A stretch of DNA of 64,000 nt from contig CM022673.1 of NCBI GenBank assembly GCA_012295275.1, forward strand, positions 4,712,001-4,776,000, written 5' to 3'. Position numbers and translations under genes: made by a program. The DNA comes from Chrysomallon squamiferum. Lineage: Eukaryota; Animalia; Mollusca. Below the pieces are notes generated by a model, which worked only from the letters and a program-made list of their open reading frames with translations, did no database searches and was not told where the DNA came from. This document shows, piece after piece, positions 42,770 to 55,369 of this stretch (its first letter is position 1; each line of letters opens with the position of its first letter).

Positions 42770-43501
42770 AATGGCAAAGAACAAAAGAAACAGAATGATG
42801 AAAAAAAGAGAAATAGAAAAATATATTTATATGAGAAGAAGCACATAAAAGACATAAAAGGCTACTGATTAATATAATAGTGAAGGATGTTTTATTATGT
42901 AATTTTTCTATAAACAGAATACTTCATATGACAATATTAAATGCACTTCAGGTCACCAGACATATTGGGAAACTGCACTGTGGGTAGTCCTGAGCAGAAT
43001 TGAACCTACAATCTTACACAACCTTTGTTGAGCAAATCCTCAGAGCTGCAGTCCATTTCTGTAACAGCATGTAGCTTCAGCGTTCAGTTTATATACTTAG
43101 AATAAATATTTTTGAAAAACGTTGTATATAAAAACGACTATTTGTTATAAAATAAAAATGTTTAATTTTTTTTCTGGTGAAAATATGTATTTTTCAACAG
43201 CCATTAGTTTGAAGAGAAATCACTTAGGACTTTTTTTTTTTCTGTTTGATTGTTGTCTTACATTCCGTGGCATCCTTCACTTCCGTTTTCCTTTCAAAAT
43301 CACGCTGTTTAATAGGATCACTGCCTGTGTTATTTTCTGTAATTTCCTGTTTCTCCAAGCTGACATCACTTTAAAAAAAACAGTTTTCAGAAAAGTACCA
43401 CCATTGTGCAGTAACCCCAAGTATGTCATTAAACATGCACAAAAGTAATGGGTTTTTGTCCAGTTCCATTTATAACAATTTCACTCTGGAATCCTTAAAA
43501 A

Positions 43502-43532
<31 letters not shown>

Positions 43533-44965
43533 CAAAAAAATAAATAAATAAAACCAGCATAAAAAAACAACAAACATCAAAAACAGAAGTAAAAAAACAA
43601 AGCAACTTTATAAAGACACTTCCCAGTATGTGAATTTTAGAAACACTTAGAGAAATAATATTTGTAATGGCTACAAAATTCAGTAGTGAAGCCATCAAAT
43701 TTTAGACTGAAATATACCAGCATCAAATCCTAGTCTCAGCTCCGGTCAAAAAATGTCTAAGACTATTATTGTAACATATTGTATGTTAGTATTATTTACA
43801 ATATTTTTAATCAGTGAATAAAAGTCTATTTCCGAAGACAAAGACATGTATTTACTGAAGAAAATCAAAAGATATAAACTACAACAGACAAGTGGCCTCC
43901 TAATTATGCAAATGAGATGATAACAGTTTATTCAAATGATATGGTCATCAGGTTATGTAAATGATACGGTCATTTGGTTATGTAAATGATATGGTCATCA
44001 AGTTATGTAAATGATATGGTCATCTTGTTAGTTAAATGATCTGGTCATCAGTTTTGCTAAATTATATGGTCATGTTGTTAGGTAAATTATTTAGTCATAA
44101 AGTTATGTAAATGACATGGCCATCAAGTTTTGTAAATGATACAGTTCTCGTTAGGTAAATTTAATGGTAATCTGCTACAGTAAATACAGTTATCCTTTCC
44201 AATGTAAATGTTGCAGTCATCTGGTTATGTAAATACTATGGTTTCCTATTTAATGTTATGGATTTTGAAGTAATAGGGATCATCTGGTTTATTTAACAAC
44301 TGAGTAATGTTCTGCATTCAAACCAGTATGAACACACAAAAATACTTATTTATAATTAGCCTATCAAAAAAAAAAAAAAAAAAATTAAAAATTAAAAAAA
44401 CCCAACAATAAATGACATTGTTTATTATTAGCAATTCAAAATGAAAAAAAAAAAAATGAACTGGAAAAAAAACAACAAAAAAACCTAACACTAAAAACCA
44501 AAATAGCATAACATAGGGCACAACATCACACGAAAGCAAGCAATTTAGTGTTATAAATGTTAAGATGTATCACCTCATCAACTTCCAGTGAGAAATAGTC
44601 TTGTAGCATTTCACTTTTAGTCTTCAAGAAGTCCATTATGTAGCGGGCGAGGTCTTCCTTGGGTCCATCCACCTCAGACCAGCCACTCTCCTCAGAATCC
44701 AAAGCCATCATGGCTAAATCATAGACTGGTGCTGGTTCCTATAGCAACAACAACAACAACAACAGCAGCAATAATAATGATAATAATGATGGCGATATTT
44801 CTGGTTTCTGTAACAAAAGTATGAAAAGGGATATCATGATGATGATGACAACGATGATGATAATGACGATGATGATGCTTGTTCCTATAGCAACAACTCA
44901 GTTCCACACAATGCTTTTCTGTAATAACAACTATTAATTCAGTAATCATTGTGCAATATGAATAA

Positions 44966-45006
<41 letters not shown>

Positions 45007-45910
45007 ATAATTAAATAAAGTTACCAAACCAATGTTAAGAAAAAAAAAAAAAGAAAACCCACCAAAAAACTGCAATGGTACATTCCCCTGATTAAAACCA
45101 GTGTTTGAAAAACATCATACATTTAATATTTTAAGAAATATATGATTCAGAGAAAAATAGAAAAGGGGGGAAACAAATTGAAACCATCAATTACTTACAG
45201 AAAGTCTAAGAATTCCAAAATTTGCAAACTCGTACATCATGATCTGGTAGAAAAGTTCTCGACTGCAAAAGATTAACAAGACTAATTTCCTTCTTAAAAA
45301 TATTTAATATAAATATACAGTAAAATACCTATAAGCTCACACTGAAGATCATCAGTTTTATATTTTATGTCATATAAGCATAGAGATTTAATAATAAAAG
45401 AAAACATATGTGAATGAATAATAGTTGCACTTCTTTATAGTTATTTCGTATTGATCAAATGTGTCACATTTAATAATAGGGAAGATATCATTGCACAAGC
45501 TACTCTTCTTGATTAGCAGGAAGACACCTTTCATAAGAACCTTCCCACACACAGCAAGGGTGTTAATATCATGTTTGTTATTTTATGACGATGTAAGTGC
45601 TGAAATACACTACTCTTATAAATCAGCAGCACAGACTTTTTGATGAATACCTTCTCATATACTGGAATGTTCCAATTACCAATAATGTTTCAGGCAAGCT
45701 CTGAATTATTAAATATTTGTGCAGTAGAATAGGAAAAAATATATATATAAAAAAAGATTTAACAATGTGTTCCATAAGTTAGAATGGGAAAAAGAACTGA
45801 CCTCAGTGTTGTGGTGTTCACTAAATAAAGTTTAGTCTGGTGCTGGAGTAGAGCATGTTCTTCATTCACACAGCCAACAAAGGTGTGATTCTGAAGTAAT
45901 TCTCTCAAAC
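38783..45910 (-). CDS. MLH1: DNA mismatch repair protein MLH1, C-terminal part (5'-partial)
   Basis: Exons 45910-45802 (109 nt), 45262-45199 (64), 44738-44574 (165), 42627-42535 (93), 40756-40640 (117), 38944-38783 (162, TGA). The first four lengths equal human MLH1 exons 14-17. Motifs [72 protein letters not shown]. Confidence 0.96.
39000..39372. mobile_element. Possible degenerate MITE (GC-richer insert) in the last MLH1 coding intron
   Basis: GC-richer block bounded by weakly inverted ends cagggtgcagg / cctgcactg; no TSD confirmed. Confidence 0.25.
41030..41295. repeat. Degenerate ~30-bp tandem repeat
   Basis: Recurring attacaatctatcttgtacacac units. Confidence 0.8.
41620..41740 (+). mobile_element. 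Possible tRNA-derived SINE head
   Basis: ggaaggttgtgagttcgaggct contains a B-box-like GTTCGAG. It does not fold into a full cloverleaf by eye. Confidence 0.3.
42684..42765. repeat. (GA)~41 microsatellite
   Basis: Perfect dinucleotide run; reads (CT)n on the MLH1 sense strand. Confidence 0.97.
43920..44240. repeat. Degenerate ~25-bp tandem repeat
   Basis: Recurring aaatgatatggtcatcaggttatgt units. Confidence 0.8.
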
Positions 45911-47243
45911 CTGGCAAAACAAACACCACAGAGTTAAAACTGAGCAAACACGTATTACATACAGTAATTACATACCCGAGCCTTTTGTTATCTATCATAT
46001 CCTTATATTTATCTATGTCTGACACCTTATAGTTAACATTTTTTTTTTTTTTTTTTTCAATTAATTTATGTCATGGCACTGTCAAAGATTCATTAACACA
46101 GAATTAAAATCCTTGTTTGAGTAATGTGTGATTGCTTAGTTTTTGTTGATCATTTCATATCAGCATGGCTGTTCTTCTAAAATCAGATATATGTTTAGCA
46201 AACTTAATTCTTAGACCATCCCAAAAATATATTAATAAGAAAAAAGAAAAGAAAATTGAAAATAAATAAATTAAAAAAGAAGAAAAATGAACATGAATTC
46301 ATACTCCAGCTTACATAATTATGTAATCAACAGATTTGTACTAAAATCACTACAAATTTTATTCTTTTTTTTTTTTTTTTTTTTTTTTGACACACTCTTT
46401 GTTCGTTTTAAGTATAAACTGCTCCCCACAAAGATGTTAATAAACTGATTTAGACTTCTGAAAAATCTTAAAACCTTTGAAGCTACTCCTATGTGGATGT
46501 ATATTAGTACAATATTGACTGAGGTATGTAATTGTCAATAGGCTCTCTGTTACATGGTCTGTTCATTAGTAATTATTTAATTAGATATTATTGAGTTTCC
46601 TGATTCAGCCTGTGTGCTTTAACTTATATTATACATAATTTCCTGTCTACTGAAATTTAATAAAAAAAAAGAAAGAAAAAAAAGTAATAATAATAATAAT
46701 TAACAAAAAATAATACAAAAATAAATATAATAATTAAAAAAAAAAAAAAAAAATAAATAAAAAGATATATATATATATAAAAATAAAAAATAAAAAATCA
46801 GTGTCCGCAAAATGTATTAAATTTCTAATCTTGTAGGTTAAAGAATCATTTCAAGTGTCTTTTCTTGAAGAAAGGGGAAAAAAAAAATAATTACATAATT
46901 TTTTATTTATTTTTTAAAACTGGGATGAGATGTTGTTGACACAAAAAACATGCAAAAAAAAAAAAAAAAAAAAAAGTGGAGGAAGTGAAAAATAAATACC
47001 AGGCAGCTCTACATCTTTAGATTTAGAAAATACAAATAATAATAATCTTTTTCAAAAATTAAAAATTTATAAGAGTTTGAACATAAAATAGTTCTTTGTG
47101 AACCTGTGTAAAAAAGTTATTTATTATTTATTTATTTATTTATATTATTATTATTATTATTTTTTTTTTTTTGATTTAAAAAAACTGAAGAAAACTGTCA
47201 AGAACAACTTTCCTCTTCAGATATTTGCATTCCAATATTTTAT

Positions 47244-47287
<44 letters not shown>

Positions 47288-47599
47288 TTGTTTTCAAACG
47301 TCTGTACATTTTTTGTTGCATTTTCTGATTTTTTACTTCACATTTGAAGTGCCACACTTCTTATACAAACTTATACTGTCCATGCAGTTTTGGTATGAAC
47401 ATTTTTTTACAGGACAAGATGGCAATTTTGTGAATAATTTATTTGCAGATTGTAAAACTAATCAAACAAGATTGAGTAAATCATTGTCAAATAATCAAAT
47501 CTTTGCTGATAACAAAGTATTTCAATGTTAGAATTCCAAAGCACTTCATTTTTCTCTGCATTAATATATTTTTTTATTACTATCATTTAGATATATAAT

Positions 47600-48075
47600 A
47601 TATATGTGTGTATATATGTATGTTAATGTGTGTATAAATGTGTATGTATGTATGTATGTATGTATGTATGTATGTATGTATGTATGTATGTATGTATGTA
47701 TGTATGTATGTATGTGTGTATATATGTATGTTAATGTGTGTATAAATGTGTATGTATGTATGTATGTATGTATGTATGTATGTATGTATGTATGTATGTA
47801 TGTATGTATGTATGTATGTATGTATGTATGTATGTATGTATGTATGTATGTATGTATGTATGTATGTATGTATGTATGTATGTATGTATGTATGTATGTA
47901 TGTATGTATGTATGTATGTATGTGTATGTATGTATGTATGTATGTATGTATGTATGTATGTATGTATGTATGTGTATGTATGTATGTATGTATGTATGTG
48001 TATGTATGTATGTGTGTATGTATGTATGTATGTATGTATGTATGTATGTATGTATGTATGTATGTATGTATGTTT
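47600..48075. repeat. (TATG)n tetranucleotide microsatellite, ~470 bp
   Basis: Long tatg run with a duplicated interruption (tatatatgtatgttaatgtgtgtataaatg). It is the source of the MYVC/HTYI ORFs. Confidence 0.97.
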
Positions 48076-48661
48076 GTTTCTGTTTCTACTCATTCACACA
48101 GACACACACAGAAACTAATAATGTCAGGAAGTTCATGTAAGTTCTTCAAATTAGCACCTCTCAAAGGATTAATTCCCTGAACAATAAAACTTTGTGAAAA
48201 GCAATAAATTATTAACCAACTGCCTTAATACATATGTAACAGATTTCGCTCCTAGCTGACAATGGATATTAAATCATAGTTAATATTTGATAAGAACAAG
48301 TAATGAAAAAATACTATTTTAGGAACACTTCATCTCTCGGGCAATGTTCATTTCCTCTGAATTATCAACTGAAAGCAAATTGTTCACTTTCTGTCTTGAC
48401 AGAGGCCATTGTGTCTGTTCACAATAAACAAATAAACAGAAGACGACAAAGGGACACAAACAATATTGCAAAGTGAATACACTAAGATGTCGTATTCTAG
48501 TGTACCTGCAGAAGTATATGAATTTAAAAAAGTTTTATAAAATTCTTTACCTTTCCAAGCTATTATTATTATATTTATTTATTTTTATTTTTATTATTAT
48601 TATTGTTATTATTATTATTATTTTTTTTTTTTTTTACTGTTTTGGGTCTTCACTCATAATG

Positions 48662-48698
<37 letters not shown>

Positions 48699-49260
48699 CT
48701 AACATTTATTTTTTGTAATTCCAAAATAATATTATACTGTCATTAATAACAAAGGCAGACAATAAAATAATTCCTTAAACTTCCACGTTGCTATTTTATT
48801 GTTTCAGTGACCTATTTTTATTTATGATAAAGCAAGAAAACAATAATAACAATAATACTGTCCCAAATTTTCGTAATGCTGCCATTTTATCCATTCTCAC
48901 CTGTAGTGCAGACATCTTTACACATCTGGTGGACTGAAATCTGTGTATTTTCTAACAACATCAAAAGAAACTTTTCAATGAACTGGTCCATCCTAGATGT
49001 GATAATGTCATGATAACAGAAAAACTGATGTATGCAGATTTTTATAAAATTATGAATTTTGGGGTTTTATACTTCATTATTAAATAATAATAATAATAAC
49101 AATAATAATAATAATAATAACAACAACAACAACAATAACACACACACACACACACAACAAATACAATTATAAAATAATAACAATAACCAAATAAAAAAAA
49201 TTAAAAATCAAATCAAATAAAAAAAAATCAATATCAAAACATCATTTTGAAACAGGCAGA

Positions 49261-49631
49261 ATATTATATTCACACTTTTTTCATATTATCATAGGTACAC
49301 ACTGAACAGTGGATTTCAGAGTAATATTACATTCACACTTTTTTCATATTATCATAGGTACACACTGAACAGTGGATTTCAGAGTAATATTACATTCACA
49401 CTTTTTTCATATTATCATAGGTACACACTGAACAGTGGATTTCAGAGTAATATTACATTCACACTTTTTTCATATTATCATAGGTACACACTGAACAATG
49501 GATTTTAGAGTAATATTACATTCACACTTTTTTCATATTATCATAGGTACACACTGAACAATGGATTTTAGAGTAATATTACATTCACACTTTTTTCATA
49601 TTATCATAGGTACACATTGAACAATGGATTT
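49261..49631. repeat. 63-bp minisatellite, ~6 near-identical copies
   Basis: Unit attacattcacacttttttcatattatcataggtacacactgaacagtggatttcagagtaat; the cacactt anchor recurs at 49271, 49334 and 49397. Confidence 0.95.
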
Positions 49632-50520
49632 TCTCTTTCACTGTTTTTCTGCACACAAAACAACATAACAGAATTGTGTGGAGTGCATGATGATAACTGT
49701 AACATGTCTTCTGTCACTAAAAGGATAATGAACAAAAGGTGACAGGGTTACGTAACGTCTGATTATTAATTGAAAAAATCTCGTATAGAACTTAATTGGC
49801 TCATATTAAAGCCAGTACAAACCTGAGCAGGAAACTGATCAACATAATTATGTAACTAATGACATTATTTCCATCAGAAGAATCTATTGTGCTGTTTGTC
49901 AGTTACCTAATGTACTGATTTGTTGAACAGAGATGAACATTTGTAAATATTTAATAGTAATTTGTGATCCTCTGAATTGTTGTTTTCTGTTGGGTGAAAA
50001 AAAAGAAGAAAAAAGTCAAAAAAAAGAAGAAAAGAAAAGTAAATTGAAATGAAATGAAATAAATAAATAAATAAATAAAATGTGTGTGTGTGTGTGTGTG
50101 TGTGCATGCGTGTAAAAAGACAAAATTAAATACAGTAAAAAAAACCCCAAAACTGTCAATAACAAACTCATAAAATCCATAATTTCAGTCCACATTTATA
50201 TTCTGATGACAAAATATAGAACAATATGAAAAAAATACCAAAGAAAACAACAAATGTTCTCAAAAGAAGCACACACACAAAAAGTACTTTGACAAAAATA
50301 GCTAAATTTTGCTAATAATATTTTACAGAATAAAAACAAATAAGCTGATGTTTCAGATATTTTATTTAATATTTAAATAACCTTTTTCTCTAAATGTATT
50401 TGAAAACCATCAAAAACCTTAATTAAATCAAATGAAATAGGAAAAAGAGGAAAAAAAGAGAGAGAGAAAAAAAAAGAGTTAAAACAACAAATTCAAACTA
50501 TAAAAGGATAAGTTAAAAAG

Positions 50521-50557
<37 letters not shown>

Positions 50558-50562
50558 AACAA

Positions 50563-50599
<37 letters not shown>

Positions 50600-53500
50600 C
50601 TAAAAAGTCCTTTCTGAATTTCAATCCCCTTGTGGTGACAATCAAATACAAACTGTTTTCTAAGAATCACCATTAAATCATTAAACAACAACAAAAAAAC
50701 AAAATGGTGACAAACAAAGCATAAAGCTTTGACTTGTTATAATCTAATTTTCTTCTGCTTCGGGAATTACAGACACAGCTCTGACTGTTTCGGTTCATTA
50801 GGGAATGCACTCTGATGAAAACAAACTGCCAAATCAAGTGACACTGACATGTCATAATCTTGTGTTTATTCACACAGAAGGAACTAGATGGTGTGATATG
50901 AATAAAATATTTATGTAACTGTAAAGAGAACAGACATGTTGCTGAGAGCTGTGTGTTTTAATTATTGAAAATTCCTCCATGCAGCAAACTTCAGTTTTTG
51001 TGACCCGTTACACTGAATAAAGTCTCAAGTCTCTTGGCAGAGTATTGAGTTTAGCCAGCAACAGTGGGGTGATACAGACATTTAAATGTTTATATTTCAT
51101 TAAAAATGGGTTTATATATATATACACACTTTATCTTTTATCCAGTGAACTTTTATGAATACTGTTTTTTGTGGGTTTGCCGTATCTTTAAAACTAAATG
51201 TGATGCAGGGATGAATGAATATCAAAATGAAGCTTGTGAAGTTAGGAATCTGACAACATTCATAAATCTAATGAGTTATAATTCTACTTAAAGACCTGGT
51301 TCTGTCTGACAGGTCATATGTGAATGTCCAAAATTATTTAAACCTAGTATTTCAGATTAGCAATTCCGATACTAGTCATTTTAGAATGAAAATATTAAAT
51401 TCACTCTGGTGTGCTAATTTTAACAGAATAAGAAACCAAAAAGTGTACTGAAGGATGTCTGGAAAAATATTTGAACAAAAAAGATGAAAAACAACAACAA
51501 CTTAAGACAAACAAACAAAAACAAACAACAGAAATGAACAAAATCAACAACAACAACAAAAAACTTTTGTAAATTTCTTTTTTTTCTTCCAGTCAATTCT
51601 CAAATGACCCAGCTAAATAAGAATTTCAGGATTAGATCCCACTATCTAACAGGTTATCAACAATCAATTGTCAATAAAAATGGGTTATAGGAACTGATGC
51701 TATTCCCTTCCAATTACCAACAACTGCTTCTGGTTAACACAGTCCACTGTTATTAGCTACTGATTTTGTAAAAAAAAAAAGACAGTGTGAAGATTTGATC
51801 TTGTCACCAAACAGATTTTCTTTATTGTACCAAAATGTGTTTTATATCCAGCAGCAAGTAAAATTAATTTAAAAAAAAAAAAGTAGATGAAGATAAAATG
51901 GAGGCAAGGACCTTAATAAGATAAGAAGGAGTTAAATAAACCTAGCTAACAGGATTTCAACCTTGTTAGATGATTCTGAAAACAAATACTTTTTTCTTTG
52001 TTTCCTTTCATTTTTCTTGGATGTACACAGAATGACATTAAACAGCTTTTGTAACAGCATGTTTTTTTTTTTTTTTTTTTTTTTTTGCCAATTTGGAATT
52101 TAGAATTTAATTTTTTTTTAAATATATATATTTTTTTGCAATTCTTCTGTTTCATGTTCTACAATATTTTTATTTTGTTCCTATCATTTTCTTCTTTATG
52201 GTTAATAAAATTTATTCTCGATGCTAATTAAAACCAAAAAAGAAACTGAAACACAATTTTATGCTTTTAAACAGAAAAATAAATGAAGTTAACAGAATTT
52301 CAAAACATTTTAAAACAAATTGTTTATTTATAACACACAAGCTATACTGAAATAAGAATACATTTCTACTATTTGCGATGCATTCTTGTCTTTTTAAAGA
52401 AACTGTTTTTTGTTTTTTTAATATACTGTAATTTTACTATTAATATTATTATTATTTTTTTGAACTTTAAAAAAAAAAAAGAAAAAAAAAGAAACAAACA
52501 AATAAATAAATAAAATTAAATAAAAATTAAATACAAATTAAAAATTAAAAGATAACAAACAAAAAAGCAATAATAACAATAAAATAAATAAACAAATTTT
52601 AATTTCAGATACAATTTTTACAAAACACATCACTTATTTTTTAAATTAGAACTAAATTAATGAAAAATAATAATAATAAAAAATACACCCCAATATTAGT
52701 TTAAAAGAAACTTAAAATATTTTTATTGACTTACATAATATATCACAATTTTCTGTTAATGAAAATTACCAGTTACTCTTATTAAATGTTTAATAAGTAT
52801 CTTCCTTGATAGAAAGAAGTACATTTATATATTTATTTAATATAATGGTACAAATAAGACATCTTTTATATATAAAGAGTGATGCCAAAATGTGATTTTC
52901 AAAATTAGTTTGAAAAGTTACAACATCATTGCAATTTATACCATTACATCTTTTATTCAGTTTCAACAGGCCAAATATATAATAAAAGGAACAACATTTG
53001 GTAAACAAACAAAAGTATTTTGATTTCATTTGGTATAAATTTATAACAGGGAGATTTTTTTTCATATTCAGTGCTCCCACCTTCAAAGATGGAGGAAAAT
53101 AAAAAAATGAAGAGTTGATAAACTGTGATTGATTAATTTATTAAAAGGATGCACATACACTGTTGTATCAGCGTAACTGAACACCAGAAACTGAATTAGC
53201 CAAGGTTTTCTTTTTTTTGTCCACAATCATCTATTTTCATCATCTTCCTCCTTCTGAATACAGGATAACATTACAAAGATAATTACTTCCTTGCTGAATA
53301 CCACACAGGTGAAACATTCATTTATTTACACATGCACAACTCACCACAAAGCTTTAAACCTTAAAACTGCTCAGTTTTCCTGAGATTGGCATTTTCCTGT
53401 CTTCAAAGATGACACCATCATGTGTGGGTTGTCCCAGTTTGCACTGCATGACGGCCATTTTGTTTTCCTAAGTCTTTGTGATTAATGAATGTTGTAAATA

Positions 53501-53754
53501 CTGATACGTGTTTTGAATTCTTGAAATTTCTTCCATTATCTGTATTTGTTTATTTACTTATATACATGCCTATATTCTATCTTGATGTCTTTCTGTCTTT
53601 TTGTCTGTCTGTCTATTTGTCTATCTGTCTCTTTTACATTTATAACATTTTTATTTATATAACAGAGTAATTTTGTCTAATGAAATATATTTTAAAAAGA
53701 AGATATCCTGCTAAGACCCAACTACACACACCATACGAGAGACAATCTTAAAAA

Positions 53755-53870
53755 TGTATTCAGTACTAGGCTTGTGCGAAAAATCTTAAATAAGATAAAT
53801 AAGAACTGAAATCTAATTATCAAGTCTGAAAATTTCCTAAGAAACAAATGTTTTATATATATAAAATTAT
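53755..53870 (+). repeat. Dispersed repeat fragment (second copy ~59225-59335)
   Basis: Shared cttg.g.gaaaaatc.taaataagataaataa...gaaatctaattatca...taagaaacaa; probably a fragment of an interspersed element. Confidence 0.75.
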
Positions 53871-55369
53871 AATAATTCATATCACGAAAAACAGTGGTCA
53901 ATCCTGAAAAAGATTCAGTGAAGCCAGTATCATGTTGAGATTGGTACTGCTCATCCCTAATTCAACTCAAAAACTATTGGAAGTGTGGATATGTGGGCTA
54001 TGTACTGTTATGGCAAAATGAACTGAATAATCCTTCAATATACATGAAATATTAACAGTGACACTAGTAGCTAGAGAACTCAATACAGTTTTCATAGTGG
54101 GATGTTTCGGGTTTTAGCCGATGTTCACAATGAGGGGATTTCTAGGAGAAGGCTTAAATAATAGTGACACTATTTGAGTAACAGTTGGTTTCCTCATTTA
54201 CACCTAGAATAAACAAGAACTGTATAATCAACATTTGTATGTTTATTAAATTTACAGTTATAGTTTCTTTAACATTTTTATGCTTAAATTGTAATAGTAA
54301 ATATTATAATTTAAGCAAAAAAACAACAACAAAATCCCATAAAAAACCCACAAAAACAAAACAAAAAACACTTGATGTTGTATATTCGGTAGTTTAGCTT
54401 CACATTCATTGTCTGTTGTGTTCACTAAATGGCCTTGAACACCTATTTTAAATTCAATTATCTTTGTACTCAGATTGGATGGCTTCACAAAAAGAAAAGC
54501 CTCTAAGGTAAGTTTATTAAAAATACAGTTTTGTATTCATAAACATCATCAAGAACAAATATTTTTCTCTGAATGTTTTTTGATGACTCAGAATATCTAC
54601 CGAGAAGCCATAAGAAAGAATGGTTTCATCCTAATATCAGCAATATGAAAGGTCTTTAAAACGGTCGCTGATTACACAAAATAGGTCAAACAGGTACTTC
54701 TGTTTTTTTTAACATACACTTCTTTTGGAACAAAACATTGATATCATCATCCTTGTTAACCACTCCTTAAAGAATTCAGTTGGTGACCGTCATTGAAACT
54801 ATCTACAGCCATTAGAAACAAAATAATAATAAAAAATAATAGTCTATTTTTTATTTTTTAGAAGCAATGAAACCTCTTGTGGTTAACTTGTCAATACATT
54901 ATTTAAAATGAATCTTTTGCCAAGTGCAAATTTAACATCAAAACTAATAAAAAAAAATATTTTTTATTTTCAAGAACAATGTTAATCAGACATTAGGGAT
55001 AACGATCCTAAGAATTTCTCTCTATTTTTTCTTTTTAAAAAAAAATAAAACCAACTGTAATTTTTAAATTTCCCATTAAACAGTTATAAATTATAAATGT
55101 TTCTCAACAAGTACTTCTGAAACTATTTCAGTGTCTTTCACCTTCAGGTTTATATCACAAAATGTCATTCATCTGTGACTAAATAATTTCACTAAGATTT
55201 TGCTTATGTTTACCTAAGTTTCATTCAGTACCCACAGAATGTTGTTTCTCCTTACCTTCTTGCAGTGCTTTCAGAAGTACTATTCTAAAATGTCAAAATA
55301 TCTATAAACTTCATCTCTGATTGTGTATTTTAAATTTGTTACCATTTAACATTGTTCTTTTCCTTTTAT

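Noticed and set aside
46540-46660. Candidate MLH1 exon 13 after the acceptor at ~46650
   Set aside because: It reads RQEIMYNIS* with no LTSV motif and no compatible phase-1 donor.
47604-48180. Overlapping 120-178 aa ORFs (MYVC/HTYI repeats)
   Set aside because: Translations of the (TATG)n microsatellite. The same applies to the poly-Ile, ERER and SLSL ORFs at 2642, 14710, 42340 (only its exon 17 core is real) and 62651-62920.
49261-49631. CRISPR-like array (also considered for 58107-58765)
   Set aside because: Units are contiguous or have recurring rather than unique spacers, there are no cas genes, and the context is eukaryotic. These are minisatellites.
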